Virus record (IMG/VR): IMGVR_UViG_3300048587_001148
Origin: an uncultured virus (IMG/VR IMGVR_UViG_3300048587_001148)
Taxonomy: Duplodnaviria > Heunggongvirae > Uroviricota > Caudoviricetes
Length of the DNA: 60,948 bases
Strand: one strand, 5' to 3'
A program made the translations under genes and the position numbers. This document shows positions 48,346 to 58,319 of the stretch, piece by piece. Each line of letters opens with the position of its first letter. Position 1 is the stretch's first letter. The notes beneath the pieces were generated by a model. It had not been told where the DNA came from and ran no database searches. It was given only the letters and a program-made list of their open reading frames with translations.

Positions 48346-49425
48346 TTAGTGCATCTCCGTGCCACTGGCGCGGGTCAAGTAGGCACCAGAGATATACTTG
48401 AGCTGCACCCGGCCCAGAACGGCATCGCGCCGTTCGACCTGCGGCCGCACGACCGCTCCTTCGCGAATGTGCCCGTCATCGCCCATGCCGACCGCGATCC
48501 CCTCGGCCACCTCTTCGAGGCGCGCGTAGTCGAACGGGCCGACATACAGCGTGGGCACCCGCGGAATGCCATGCGTGTCCGTGAGGGCCTCGAACTCAGA
48601 CCACGACACCCACTCGCCGTTGATCCGGAGGTCGAACGCCTCGAACCGCGGCTCGGACATGGTCGCCCCGTACCGCAGGTCTTGGCAACCCAAGACTTCA
48701 CCGTGGAGCGAGAGGTGCTGAACAGGTCGCCCGGCAGCAAGCATGCCCTCCCGAATGGCCGTCAGCTTCTCGATCAGCTCGTGGCGCCGCACCGCCAGCC
48801 AGTACAGGTTCTCCGCGGACTCGATCAAGGCCTGTCCGCGAGAGCACACGTAGGCTGGCTCACCCGGCTCCAGGTCCGGGCCGATCGCGATGGCACAGTT
48901 GGTCCCATGCCGCTTCTCTGTGATGACCACTGGCTCGCCCGGCTGGAGGATCTCTGCGAACTCCGGTCGCTTGATGTTCTCGATGTCGTACTTCGGGAGG
49001 AAGCTCGGCCAGGAACGCGCCTTGCCGCTCATCTCCACCGGGATCGGCTCCTCGTACTTGGTAATCCCCAGCGCTTGGGCCAATCCGGTCCCCTCGTCCA
49101 TGACCAAAATGCCACGATCCGCCAGGACGTCGCGCACCCGCTGGATCGGCAGCACAATGCCCTCGCTGAGGATCCCACGAAGCCGAATGGCCTTCACCCG
49201 ATCCTTCGCCTTCCCGACCAGATACCCCCCAACCCCCAGGGCCTCCGCGATATCCGCGGGGAAGACACTGTCGGTCGGGAAATACGCCACCAGGTCCCCC
49301 ACCCGCAGTGACCCCTTGGCAATGACGGCCCGAAAGCCACCGACCACAGCGAGATCCAGGCGGTCGGCGTTGGGGTGCGGCTCAATGGCGGACAGGGGAA
49401 GCACGGGCACAGTGAACAAACTCAT
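48346..49425 (-). CDS. RNA ligase, DRB0094-like family
   Basis: PHPNADRL, RLRGILSEG, motif I TEKRHGTN, HGEV, AFD, IREG, LKYISGAYL. Confidence 0.9.
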   Translation of the reverse strand: MSLFTVPVLPLSAIEPHPNADRLDLAVVGGFRAVIAKGSLRVGDLVAYFPTDSVFPADIAEALGVGGYLVGKAKDRVKAIRLRGILSEGIVLPIQRVRDVLADRGILVMDEGTGLAQALGITKYEEPIPVEMSGKARSWPSFLPKYDIENIKRPEFAEILQPGEPVVITEKRHGTNCAIAIGPDLEPGEPAYVCSRGQALIESAENLYWLAVRRHELIEKLTAIREGMLAAGRPVQHLSLHGEVLGCQDLRYGATMSEPRFEAFDLRINGEWVSWSEFEALTDTHGIPRVPTLYVGPFDYARLEEVAEGIAVGMGDDGHIREGAVVRPQVERRDAVLGRVQLKYISGAYLTRASGTEMH

Positions 49426-49604
49426 GGGGCACCTCATACGGGGATGGCGAATACTGTCGAAGACCGACCATACCAGACGATGGTGGGGCTCGTCGTGCTC
49501 GACCAAGCCCGCGACGGGTTCTGCGCTGTCGAGCGCCAGGGGCGGCCTCCTCCCCGGTAGATCTCAATCGATGAGGCGACGAGGGGGTCAGTATGGGCGG
49601 AGGT

Positions 49605-50189
49605 CTACGCGCCTGTGATGCCGTGTGTTCGAGGGCTCTCCGGGAGAAACGGTGTATGCTGCGCCGTGTCGATCACGAAGCCATGCTCACCATCGTGGTA
49701 CTCCGTTTTCGGTACAACGAACCACCGCTCCTCCCCGGTGCTCGCCTGTCGCGCGAGGGCGACCACCTTCCCGATGGGGACAGTAGGCTGCCCTGGGAGT
49801 GCATAGACCGCACCACTCCCGACGACACTGTGGACCACAAAGTCGTGATGATGTTGCGCCTGGAACGCTTGTCGACGTAGCACCACACTCTCTGCTGGCG
49901 ACACCTCCTTGCCGGTCGCTTGCGTGTAGGCCGACGGCATTTTGTTCTTCAGTCGTTCGTGCGCTGCGGCGACCCGACCATCGAAAAACTCGGGGAACGT
50001 CACCATCACGATGGCGACCTCAAGATCCTGTTCGTACCACCCATCCCCGTTGCGCCACACTTCGTGGATGCGGCGATTGAGGCGCTCGCTCACATGGACG
50101 CCTCCGTGGCCTGCGGTGGAGACGAGTGTGATCCCTGGCGCGACGCTGCTCTGGTGCTGGATCGGGCCCCAGGGTGAGGATCTGGGCAT
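49605..50189 (-). CDS. DUF7007-like conserved phage/plasmid protein
   Basis: SPWG...STAGHGGVHVS...GWYEQD pattern. Confidence 0.65.
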   Translation of the reverse strand: MPRSSPWGPIQHQSSVAPGITLVSTAGHGGVHVSERLNRRIHEVWRNGDGWYEQDLEVAIVMVTFPEFFDGRVAAAHERLKNKMPSAYTQATGKEVSPAESVVLRRQAFQAQHHHDFVVHSVVGSGAVYALPGQPTVPIGKVVALARQASTGEERWFVVPKTEYHDGEHGFVIDTAQHTPFLPESPRTHGITGA

Positions 50190-50575
50190 ATCACGGGCTC
50201 CCGCGTGAGGATGGAGCGCTACCATACCCCCGACGATGGTCCGACCTGAACTGTGCGCGATGATCGCGGCGCCTGGCGCGATGTCGCCACGCCACCGACA
50301 CGCGGTCCTGGCCATGGGGGTCGCGGCTACCCCACCTTGCCGTACCTCTTTGTGGAGTTTTTGTGTCTCGTACTCGTCGCCCGACCACATCCTCAACTCG
50401 TCGCATTACCCGCGGTACGACCACACCCAAGTCGGGACGCCCTGCGCAGCCGGTCCCCGGACCGCCTATTCCGCCGGAGCCACAAGCGGACGGATACTCT
50501 GGAGAGTCGTGCACCGAAGACTCCACCGAGATGGCTGGGAACGCACACGTGTGAGGGGCTACTGGTGGGAGACGG

Positions 50576-50995
50576 CTACCGGCGAACTCGCGCCTGCCGA
50601 TTGGCGGTGGAGGGTCCTTCCTGGAGCACCTCTTCGCGTCGTGCATGTGCCGGCTCGAAGAGAAACACGAGCGTCGAGGATTCGCCCGGAGAATAGGCAT
50701 CATGGCCACAGCCATCCAGGATGACGCCGTCATGGCCATCGGCACGGGCCGCCGCCAATAGCGCGGGGATGCCTTGTGCCCGCTCGTGGTCGGACAGTAT
50801 GAGCGGGTTCTCGAGTCGGACCAGGAAGCGGCCAATGAACCCATCACCATGAGCGTAGTGCTGTGCGACAGCAACGGAGCTGGTGAAACACGCCATCTCC
50901 CGCGCGTGCTCGTAGCCTGAAGCGGAACCGCCCCGGGCGGGGTCGAAGTGCTCGAAGGCTTCTCCGGGGGAGCCATGAAATACAGACAGCCGCAT
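50576..50995 (-). CDS. stand-alone ADP-ribosyltransferase-fold (ART-PolyVal-like) protein
   Basis: FHGS...F..FD...FTSS..VA.HYA...L.LENPL...GHDGVI. Confidence 0.6.
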   Translation of the reverse strand: MRLSVFHGSPGEAFEHFDPARGGSASGYEHAREMACFTSSVAVAQHYAHGDGFIGRFLVRLENPLILSDHERAQGIPALLAAARADGHDGVILDGCGHDAYSPGESSTLVFLFEPAHARREEVLQEGPSTANRQARVRR

Positions 50996-50997
50996 AG

Positions 50998-51306
50998 TTA
51001 CAGGCCCGCCCGGTGGTCGTCATTGGCAGCCATCTCAAGTACGACCTGTGGTAACACGGGCTGATTGCCTGACGGCATCGACGTGTCGGGCCCCTGAAGC
51101 CATCGCACCGCGAGTCGGGTCGCCGCAAAAGCCATCCCAAGCACGCCAACCACCACGAGCCCAACGACAAGCACTGTGCCGAGGAGAAGGAGGTAAAGCC
51201 CCATCCCGACCAGCCCAGCCCAGTATCGCACGTCATAGGACGCGCCAACGGGGAGCGTGTCCGGACGGGGGAGGATGTTACTGAGTGTTGGTGTCGGAGA
51301 GGTCAT
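50998..51306 (-). CDS. small membrane protein
   Basis: long hydrophobic segment. Confidence 0.55.
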   Translation of the reverse strand: MTSPTPTLSNILPRPDTLPVGASYDVRYWAGLVGMGLYLLLLGTVLVVGLVVVGVLGMAFAATRLAVRWLQGPDTSMPSGNQPVLPQVVLEMAANDDHRAGL

Positions 51307-51695
51307 GAGGGTCATCCGTCGGGTGCTCGAGCCATTGTTCCCAAAGCTTGCGCATCAGCGCCCCGAGCACGAGCATGCTCACTCCCCCGAAGCCCACGAG
51401 GAGGAGGATGGCCATGGCGGTGCCGAGGGGGTCGTTGCGTAGGGGCATGGGGGTGTTCTCACACTGTACTGGAGGGTGAGGGCACTCAAGAAGTCCTGAC
51501 GGGCATCCGACCCATCGATATTCCCCCCAGCGGGCGGGGAGAGCCCTGCAAGTCAGCTATCATGTGGGGGACATGTATGGCTGGACGGACACGGGGTACA
51601 CGACCCAGTGGCCCGCGGCACTTCTGTGCCACGCACCGCCGCAGACGAGCGGCTCGCTCGGGGCGTTGGTGCGCTCACACGATCCCTGAGGTCGC

Positions 51696-52430
51696 ATGGG
51701 GTTCCACCGCTTTTCCGCCACCCGGCCCGTCGTGGTCCGGCTCCCCTTTCTGCTCTTGCTCGTCGCCCTGTGGGCACTTCCAGCCCTCCTGGCCCCTTCC
51801 CCCGATCGCGCACTTTCCCGATTGGCCAGCTCACCCTCAGGGGCTACGCACGCTCTTGGCACCCCTCCGGCGCAGCAACCCATGGCCCTCTTCGCGCCGC
51901 CCCCGGAGGGATCCATCGCACGTCTGCGTCTCTGGCCTGTCGCCGATCCGATCTCCCCGCGCCTAGCAAGTCCTGTTGAGGCGGTCGCGCGAGAGCGGGT
52001 CTCGGCGCACATCACGGGGGCACTTCGCCGCGCCCGGTCCCAGCTGGGCACACCGTACCTGCTGGGGGCGCAGCAACCTGGTGGGGCCTTTGACTGTAGC
52101 GGGTTCATTCAGTGGACCATGGGATCGGTCAGTCGAGGGCTGCCTCGTGTAGCGCAGGCGCAAGCGGAGCATGGCATCCCGCTCCCCCGGGATGTCAGGT
52201 ACCTGGCGCCGGGCGATCTTCTCACTTTCGGGAAGGCGGGCGTCGTCTCGCATGTCGGATTGTACCTCGGACATGGCCGCTACATTCACGCTTCAGAGAG
52301 CCGCGGGGTTACCGTAAGTCAGCTTTCCACCCGCGAAGGGTCATGGTGGCTGGGCGCCCGCCGGCTGGTCGGGCCACCACCGCCACCCACCCTGGAGATG
52401 GTCCTTCGGGGGGTGACGTATGCCGCGTGA
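51696..52430 (+). CDS. NlpC/P60 (C40) cell-wall peptidase
   Basis: signal peptide; GTPY, FDCSG, PGDLL, SHVGLY, IHAS. Confidence 0.92.
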   Translation: MGFHRFSATRPVVVRLPFLLLLVALWALPALLAPSPDRALSRLASSPSGATHALGTPPAQQPMALFAPPPEGSIARLRLWPVADPISPRLASPVEAVARERVSAHITGALRRARSQLGTPYLLGAQQPGGAFDCSGFIQWTMGSVSRGLPRVAQAQAEHGIPLPRDVRYLAPGDLLTFGKAGVVSHVGLYLGHGRYIHASESRGVTVSQLSTREGSWWLGARRLVGPPPPPTLEMVLRGVTYAA

Positions 52431-52443
52431 GGCAGTGGGCGCC

Positions 52444-52701
52444 ATGCAAGAACACACCTTTGACCTGATCTTCTCGTTGCCGGCCTCGGCGCCAGACCCT
52501 GAGGCGCACCTGGGGGCACTCCAGGCGGCCGGTTGTGACGACGCGGTGGTGGGTGTCGGACAGCACGGAGGCATTGCCTTGGCGTTCGCACGTGAGGCGG
52601 AGAGTGCGAGCGCCGCAATAGAGAGCGCGACGGGCGACGTGCTGCGCGCCATCCCGGACGCATGCCTTGTGCGGGTTCGCTTGTCCCAACCTGATCTGTA
52701 G
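52444..52701 (+). CDS. small protein resembling the N-terminal domain of a DNA-binding protein family, without HTH
   Basis: FDLIFSLP...AAGCDDAVVGVG...LAFAREA pattern recalled from memory. Confidence 0.5.
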   Translation: MQEHTFDLIFSLPASAPDPEAHLGALQAAGCDDAVVGVGQHGGIALAFAREAESASAAIESATGDVLRAIPDACLVRVRLSQPDL

Positions 52702-52768
52702 CGGGCCGTGAAGCTGCTCGGTGCATGACCAGCAACCTCTCCGTGCCCTCGCGTACGCTCCCGTGTCC

Positions 52769-53371
52769 CTACCGGGAGCGTGCTTTTTCGGGCCGCGGCA
52801 TGATAGGGATCCGTCTGGCCAAGGCCATCAGTGCCTCATCCCAGTCGCTCGCGCGCGCCACAGCCGTTCCCGTGCATTCGAAGTGTGCGTTCCATGGGCG
52901 CGTCATGAGCACCCCGCCCCCGGTGAATCCGGTCACGTTGGTAATGTTGTCGTCCACGATGAGTTCTGCGCGAACGATCGACTTGTCCAGAGTCTCGAGG
53001 TAGTCCCGCCGATGTGTCGTGTCGGCAAATCCATGCCGTTGTAGCCACGTCCACTTGCGCCCCGCAAACCGGTGGTCCGCCAGTTCGCACGTCACGAACA
53101 GGCAGCGGAGGCCTGCTGCGCGCAAGCGTGTCACTGCCTCCAGGGCCCCGAGCCTGGGCTGGATCGTGTCGTAGAAATCCTCTTCCTTGAGCTCATCGTA
53201 GATCACCTGCGCGACATCCTTCGGATAGATCGCCTCGAGATCCCATTCAGTCCACTGGGTCACATCGAGTGTGAGCTGGTGGCGGGCGTTGACGCGGTCG
53301 ATCCAGGTCTCGGACGTGGCCGCCAGGACGTTATCGACATCCAGCGCCACGGTGATCGGGGGAGTCGTCAT
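52769..53371 (-). CDS. 5'(3')-deoxyribonucleotidase-like HAD phosphatase
   Basis: LDVDNVL, KWTWL, DK...LIVDD, PWN. Confidence 0.85.
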   Translation of the reverse strand: MTTPPITVALDVDNVLAATSETWIDRVNARHQLTLDVTQWTEWDLEAIYPKDVAQVIYDELKEEDFYDTIQPRLGALEAVTRLRAAGLRCLFVTCELADHRFAGRKWTWLQRHGFADTTHRRDYLETLDKSIVRAELIVDDNITNVTGFTGGGVLMTRPWNAHFECTGTAVARASDWDEALMALARRIPIMPRPEKARSR

Positions 53372-53506
53372 GCCCATGATACTCGGCCGCCGCCTTACTC
53401 CCCAAAGTCCTCCCCCTCTGCGCTTGGCCGCCTGTCCGTATCCGCCCCATCCTGGGCTCCTGGCCAGACCATCCTCCTTCCGCACCTCGACCGACCGGCA
53501 GCCCCC

Positions 53507-54229
53507 ATGATCGATCCGACCGCAGTCATCCACGAGACCGCTTGTATTGACGCCGGTGCCCAGGTGGGGGCGCGGACCACCGTCTGGCATTTCTCCCACA
53601 TCATGCCCGGTGCGCATCTCGGTGATGATTGTCGTCTTGGGCAAAATGTGGTCGTCATGTCAGGGGTCCAGGTCGGCAACAACGTCAAGATCCAGAACAA
53701 TGTGTCGCTCTACGAGGGGGTCACGCTGGAAGATGACGTGTTCTGTGGGCCCTCCTGTGTGTTTACGAACGTCACCACCCCGCGCAGTCATGTCCCCCGG
53801 CGGGACGCGTACGCTCCGACCGTAGTGGAGCGTGGGGCATCTATTGGCGCCAATGCGACGATTGTCTGTGGGGTCCGACTGGGTCGGTATTGCCTCATCG
53901 GCGCAGGGGCGGTCGTGACGCGGGATGTGCCGCCGTACGCGATCGTCGCCGGGGTACCCGGGCGAGTGCGTGGCTGGGCCTGTCAATGTGGAATCCCGCT
54001 CTCCCTGGAGGATTCCCGTGCCCCTGCCGGCATGGTGGTCTGTCGCGAGTGTGGCGATGCCTACGATGTGCAGCGCGCGGCTGATCGCACGCGGGCCACC
54101 TGTACCTGTGGTGGTGCGGTCGGCCTGGGCGCAGAGCACTGCCGTTGTCACCTTGGCCCCGTTACAGGCGTTCGGCCGTTGGCCGATGTGGCCCAGCAGG
54201 CGCTCTCGGCAGCATCGCGCGGCGACTAA
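53507..54229 (+). CDS. WbpD-like hexapeptide-repeat N-acetyltransferase
   Basis: [37 protein letters not shown]. Confidence 0.88.
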   Translation: MIDPTAVIHETACIDAGAQVGARTTVWHFSHIMPGAHLGDDCRLGQNVVVMSGVQVGNNVKIQNNVSLYEGVTLEDDVFCGPSCVFTNVTTPRSHVPRRDAYAPTVVERGASIGANATIVCGVRLGRYCLIGAGAVVTRDVPPYAIVAGVPGRVRGWACQCGIPLSLEDSRAPAGMVVCRECGDAYDVQRAADRTRATCTCGGAVGLGAEHCRCHLGPVTGVRPLADVAQQALSAASRGD

Positions 54230-54297
54230 GAGGATCTTGCAGTCGTACACCCTGGTCCCATGAGGGGACCGACCACCCCTTGCTTCGGAGTAGCCGG

Positions 54298-54855
54298 ATG
54301 TATCAGCGTGCGATCGTGTGTAGTGTTGTTGGCCTCGGACTTCTCGTCAGCGCCTGCAGCAAGCAGGCCTCACCGATCTTGGGACCAGTTCCAACCGTAC
54401 AGGTACCATCGTTGGACCGGGACGCCGCGGGCGCGGACAGTGCCGCGGTGGCTGCGGCGGCGGCACGCCGTGCGGAGGCAGCGCATCTCGCGCGTCTTGA
54501 GGAGATCGCGCAGGCGATCTTTTTCGACTATGACCAGTTTGATGTGCGAGCTGTCGATCGTGACAAACTGGCTCGGAAGGTGGCCATCTTGCAGGCCCAT
54601 CCTGCCATGCGCTTGCGCGTGGTCGGCCATGCCGACGAGCGCGGATCGGATGAGTACAATATCGCACTTGGCATGCGGCGCGCCGTGGCAACCAGGGACT
54701 TTCTGGTTCGCCTGGGCGTCGACGGCTCTCGCATCGAGACGTCCTCGATGGGAGAGGAGATGCCGCGCGTGCGCACCAACACGGAAGCGGCACACGCCCA
54801 GAACCGTCGGGCAGAGTTTGACGTCATCGCCGGAGGCCACGCGCCTTCGCGTTGA
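54298..54855 (+). CDS. pal: peptidoglycan-associated lipoprotein (OmpA-like domain)
   Basis: lipobox VSAC; IFFDYD, GHADERGSDEYNIALGMRRA, NRRAEF. Confidence 0.85.
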   Translation: MYQRAIVCSVVGLGLLVSACSKQASPILGPVPTVQVPSLDRDAAGADSAAVAAAAARRAEAAHLARLEEIAQAIFFDYDQFDVRAVDRDKLARKVAILQAHPAMRLRVVGHADERGSDEYNIALGMRRAVATRDFLVRLGVDGSRIETSSMGEEMPRVRTNTEAAHAQNRRAEFDVIAGGHAPSR

Positions 54856-54894
54856 GTCGTAGGCATGGTGTGGGGGCGTACGGTTGGTCGCGTT

Positions 54895-55263
54895 TCACAC
54901 GCGACCGAGACGTCCCCTCCGACCTGTCGGTCGGGGCGTGGAGCGCGGGACGGTCGGCCGCGAGTGTCCATCTGCGACGGGGCCGGTGAGCGGGGCACGT
55001 CGTGCTTGTTCCGCGAGTAGTGCCCGCTCGCGCATGGCAAGTGCTCGTAGTATGTCGGCGTAGGTCCGTCTATCCGCGATTGGCGCGGCGACCGCCGAGC
55101 GGATCTCCGCGTCGACGTGGCAGAGCTCCTCCTGCAGGCGCTCTGCGGTCCAGTCGGGAAGATCGGGATAGTGACAGCGTGCGCTGTGTCGGCCCAACAT
55201 GGTGCCATCTCTCGCAAGGGTCCCCGACACCATAGCGTCGGTGGGGGACCGTCGCGCGGACAC
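54895..55263 (-). CDS. hypothetical protein
   Basis: follows adk-like gene on the same strand. Confidence 0.45.
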   Translation of the reverse strand: MSARRSPTDAMVSGTLARDGTMLGRHSARCHYPDLPDWTAERLQEELCHVDAEIRSAVAAPIADRRTYADILRALAMRERALLAEQARRAPLTGPVADGHSRPTVPRSTPRPTGRRGRLGRV

Positions 55264-55272
55264 CCGCGCTGG

Positions 55273-55962
55273 TCAGCGCGTCGCGGCCTGAGGGTGTTGG
55301 GTGAGGGAGCGAAGGGCGCTCCAGAACCGCAGGGCGTCATCGACGACCTCTTCCATCGGCCGATTGCCATCGAGGTGCACCACCGGCACCCCGGCGTGTT
55401 GCAGGATTCGAAGCGCAGGAGTGGTTTGTTCGAGGTATACCGCCTGTCGGCGCGCGGTCGCCTCCGCATTCTGGTCTTCCGGTCTCGGCGCCAGAACACC
55501 GCTGCAGTAGCCTGACGTGCAGGGACCGCCCGTGCCCGCGCCGATGCGCCCACACGTGCCACAGACGACGCGCGCAGCGATACGGCGCGCGAGGACATCC
55601 GGCGGCACGTCCAGCACGAGTACGCCATCCAGCCGCATCGTGCCTCTACTGCGCGCCCCCAGCATCCACATGGCCTGTTCGGGGTTTCGGGGGGTCCCAT
55701 CGAGGAGCCAGCCTGCCTGGCCCGCTGGCTGGCTCCCCAGTTGCTCGGCCAGCAGCTGTTGGACCAGGGGCGTGGGCGCCATGTGTCCAGCCGCCAAGGC
55801 GGCTCCCAGCTCCAATGCGCCCGGCGCCCCGGATTGGACATACCGGCGCAGGAGCGCCCCCGTGTCGAGTTGGCCCAGCCGGAGTCGCTCGACCAGCGCG
55901 GCACCTAACGTCCCTTTCCCACTCCCCGGGGGGCCAAACAGCGAGATCGTGGGCAAGGGCAT
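55273..55962 (-). CDS. adk: adenylate kinase family protein with Cys-containing lid
   Basis: GPPGSGKGT, DTGALLR, LLDGTPR, CGTCG...C, RPEDQ. Confidence 0.85.
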   Translation of the reverse strand: MPLPTISLFGPPGSGKGTLGAALVERLRLGQLDTGALLRRYVQSGAPGALELGAALAAGHMAPTPLVQQLLAEQLGSQPAGQAGWLLDGTPRNPEQAMWMLGARSRGTMRLDGVLVLDVPPDVLARRIAARVVCGTCGRIGAGTGGPCTSGYCSGVLAPRPEDQNAEATARRQAVYLEQTTPALRILQHAGVPVVHLDGNRPMEEVVDDALRFWSALRSLTQHPQAATR

Positions 55963-56101
55963 GGTATGGGCTCCTGAGGTGGGTAGATAGCCCACCATAC
56001 ACGCTTTCGCTCTCTGATCCATCACGCCCCTGGGGGTGCTGGTTTGGACTCCCGCCCTCGGCTGCGCCATCTTACGGGAAGCCCTTTCCCGGAAACTCAT
56101 C

Positions 56102-56809
56102 ATGACTGCCACCGTCCCCATCCTTCCTGAACATTTCCCCGGCCGCGTTGCTGTGACGGGAGATCCGCGATGCCACACCGGGATCGATTTGGATTGGCGC
56201 ATCCAACGGCGCCACCTGGCCGCCTTCATGGACCACTGGGCCACCCAGGGAGTGCGTGAGGCCGATGACCTCCGCCGCGCGGCCCATGCACTTCGCGCGG
56301 AGGTGGGGATCGTGGAGGCCTTCCGGCCTCTTGCCCGGTGGTTTCGTATGCCGGAGGAGGATGTGGCGCAGTGGGACGTCTCTGTCATGTTGGAACAGGC
56401 GGCCCACCTGCTCCCGAGCGACGGATTCACCCTACCCGACTTTCCCATGGAGTGGGATATCCAGTGGGATCAAATGCCGACGACCACAGACCTGGACGCC
56501 CTTCGTCTGGTGACCGTTTCGCCGGCCGGTCACGTGGTACGCGTCGGCCTGCAGTGGCAGTCGGTGGGGGACGATCGCCATCTGGCCTATGGGCTGACCA
56601 CGTATACCCCCGCCGGCCGGCCGCTGCTTCGGCAGCCGATGCGGACCGCCCCGATCGACGCGGGGCACCCCTGGGATGCCTGGTTCGACTGGCTCGTCGC
56701 CCACACGGTCGCGACGCACCTGCACCAGATCGGAAAGATGGCTGGTGGCGCACGCCACCACCTCCGTCCGTCGTGGCTCCCCTGGAGTGATCACGCACCG
56801 GCGTCGTGA
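56102..56809 (+). CDS. hypothetical protein
   Basis: ORF with protein-like composition. Confidence 0.6.
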   Translation: MTATVPILPEHFPGRVAVTGDPRCHTGIDLDWRIQRRHLAAFMDHWATQGVREADDLRRAAHALRAEVGIVEAFRPLARWFRMPEEDVAQWDVSVMLEQAAHLLPSDGFTLPDFPMEWDIQWDQMPTTTDLDALRLVTVSPAGHVVRVGLQWQSVGDDRHLAYGLTTYTPAGRPLLRQPMRTAPIDAGHPWDAWFDWLVAHTVATHLHQIGKMAGGARHHLRPSWLPWSDHAPAS

Positions 56810-56881
56810 TAGGCGGTGTGTGAGGAAAGGATCAGGCCCCGACGAAGCGCTCGTCGGGGCCTGTGTGTGTCGTGGATGCGC

Positions 56882-58312
56882 CTACCGTCGCCGGGGTAAG
56901 GCTGGGCGCCCATGGGACGAGGTAATCTGTTCCCCGAGCGGCCCGATCCCGATCACGCCGGGCGGCACCAGGTCCGGGGTGAGCTCGTCGCACGAGTGGA
57001 GGATCACTGGACACCGAAGCCGTGCCACCCAATCCCCTTGGGGCCAGTTGGTGTAGCCATCGGTGAGCATGACAATCACGTCATACGGCGTACGCCCCTT
57101 CGCGCGCTCTTCCGCGTAGGCCAGCACGGCCTCGTGGTTCGTGCCACCGCCGTTGGTGCGCGGCAAGAGCTCGGCGACGACATCCTTCTGATCCGACAAC
57201 ACGTCAACATCGTGTGTCATCACATCAACGGGCACCTCAAGAATGCGCTGAATCGCCTTGATGACCTCCGCGTCGCGCTTGACCTGTTCCCCGAGGCGGG
57301 ATCCTGAGAGGTCCTGGATGACCAGGACACGGCGATGGCTTTCCATGGTGACGGCGAGCTTGGGAGCGCGCACGGGGTTGCGTTGGGCGTAGCCACGGAG
57401 TGCGCGCTCGCTGCTGGATTCCCGGTAGTAGGAAATGTCGTCATCACCGAGCTTCTGCTTGGCCAGCCGCCCAATCACGTTCCCGACGTTGAGGTTCGGT
57501 GTGATCTTCGCGCGCAACCAGTCGATAATGGCGCCACCCTGGACGCCAACAGACTTGAGAGCCTGCTCGGCCATCTCAGCCCACTCGGCGCCGTTGGGAG
57601 AAATGCCTTCCGGCTTTTGCGTGCCCTGCTTGATCGCTTGAGACCCCTCAACGTCCATGTCGCCCCATTGGCCAGGACCGGGACCGTCGGTTCCGTCCTT
57701 CGGCTTGCCCTGTCCCTTGCCCTGTCCGGGCTGTCCCTGGCCGGGCTGTCCCTGGCCCGGTTGTCCTTGACCCGGCTCGTCCTGGCCCTGGCCCTGGCCT
57801 TGTTGCTGCTGCTGTTGCTGCTGTTGCTGCTGTTCCTGCGCCATCTCCTGCTGGAGGATGGCGTAGATGTCTTCCGCGCGCATGTTGCGAAATCGGTCGT
57901 CACAGATCCACCCCGGAATCGGGACAAATCCCGCCTCCTCAAGGAGCAGGTTGATCTCGTGGTCCGCCGCGACATTGAACAGCCGAGGATCACGCTCCCC
58001 AAGGCGATCGAAGTGGGAAAGCGCCAGGTGCATGATCTCGTGCACGATCAGCGTCGCGCGTTCCCCATCACTGGCGAGCCCCAGGAAGAAGTGGGGATTG
58101 AAGGCGTAGGTTCCATCGGTCCGGACGCACGCGGTCGGCACCTCTTCCGACACACGGTGTCGGGTGTGCCGGAACAGATCGTTGAAGCCTGGATAGGCCA
58201 CATAGATCACCTTCGACATGCGATCAAAGGCCGCCTGCGCGACTCCGCGAATCGCGGAGTCGCTTTGGGTTTCCGGTACACGCGGGAGTGACCCGCTCAG
58301 GACAGCGGCCAT
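56882..58312 (-). CDS. DUF2201-type metallopeptidase-vWA protein
   Basis: HEIMH, NVAADHEIN, DLSGS, GGGT, LTDG; polyQ/PGQGQ linker. Confidence 0.85.
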   Translation of the reverse strand: MAAVLSGSLPRVPETQSDSAIRGVAQAAFDRMSKVIYVAYPGFNDLFRHTRHRVSEEVPTACVRTDGTYAFNPHFFLGLASDGERATLIVHEIMHLALSHFDRLGERDPRLFNVAADHEINLLLEEAGFVPIPGWICDDRFRNMRAEDIYAILQQEMAQEQQQQQQQQQQQGQGQGQDEPGQGQPGQGQPGQGQPGQGKGQGKPKDGTDGPGPGQWGDMDVEGSQAIKQGTQKPEGISPNGAEWAEMAEQALKSVGVQGGAIIDWLRAKITPNLNVGNVIGRLAKQKLGDDDISYYRESSSERALRGYAQRNPVRAPKLAVTMESHRRVLVIQDLSGSRLGEQVKRDAEVIKAIQRILEVPVDVMTHDVDVLSDQKDVVAELLPRTNGGGTNHEAVLAYAEERAKGRTPYDVIVMLTDGYTNWPQGDWVARLRCPVILHSCDELTPDLVPPGVIGIGPLGEQITSSHGRPALPRRR

Positions 58313-58319
58313 GGCGCCC

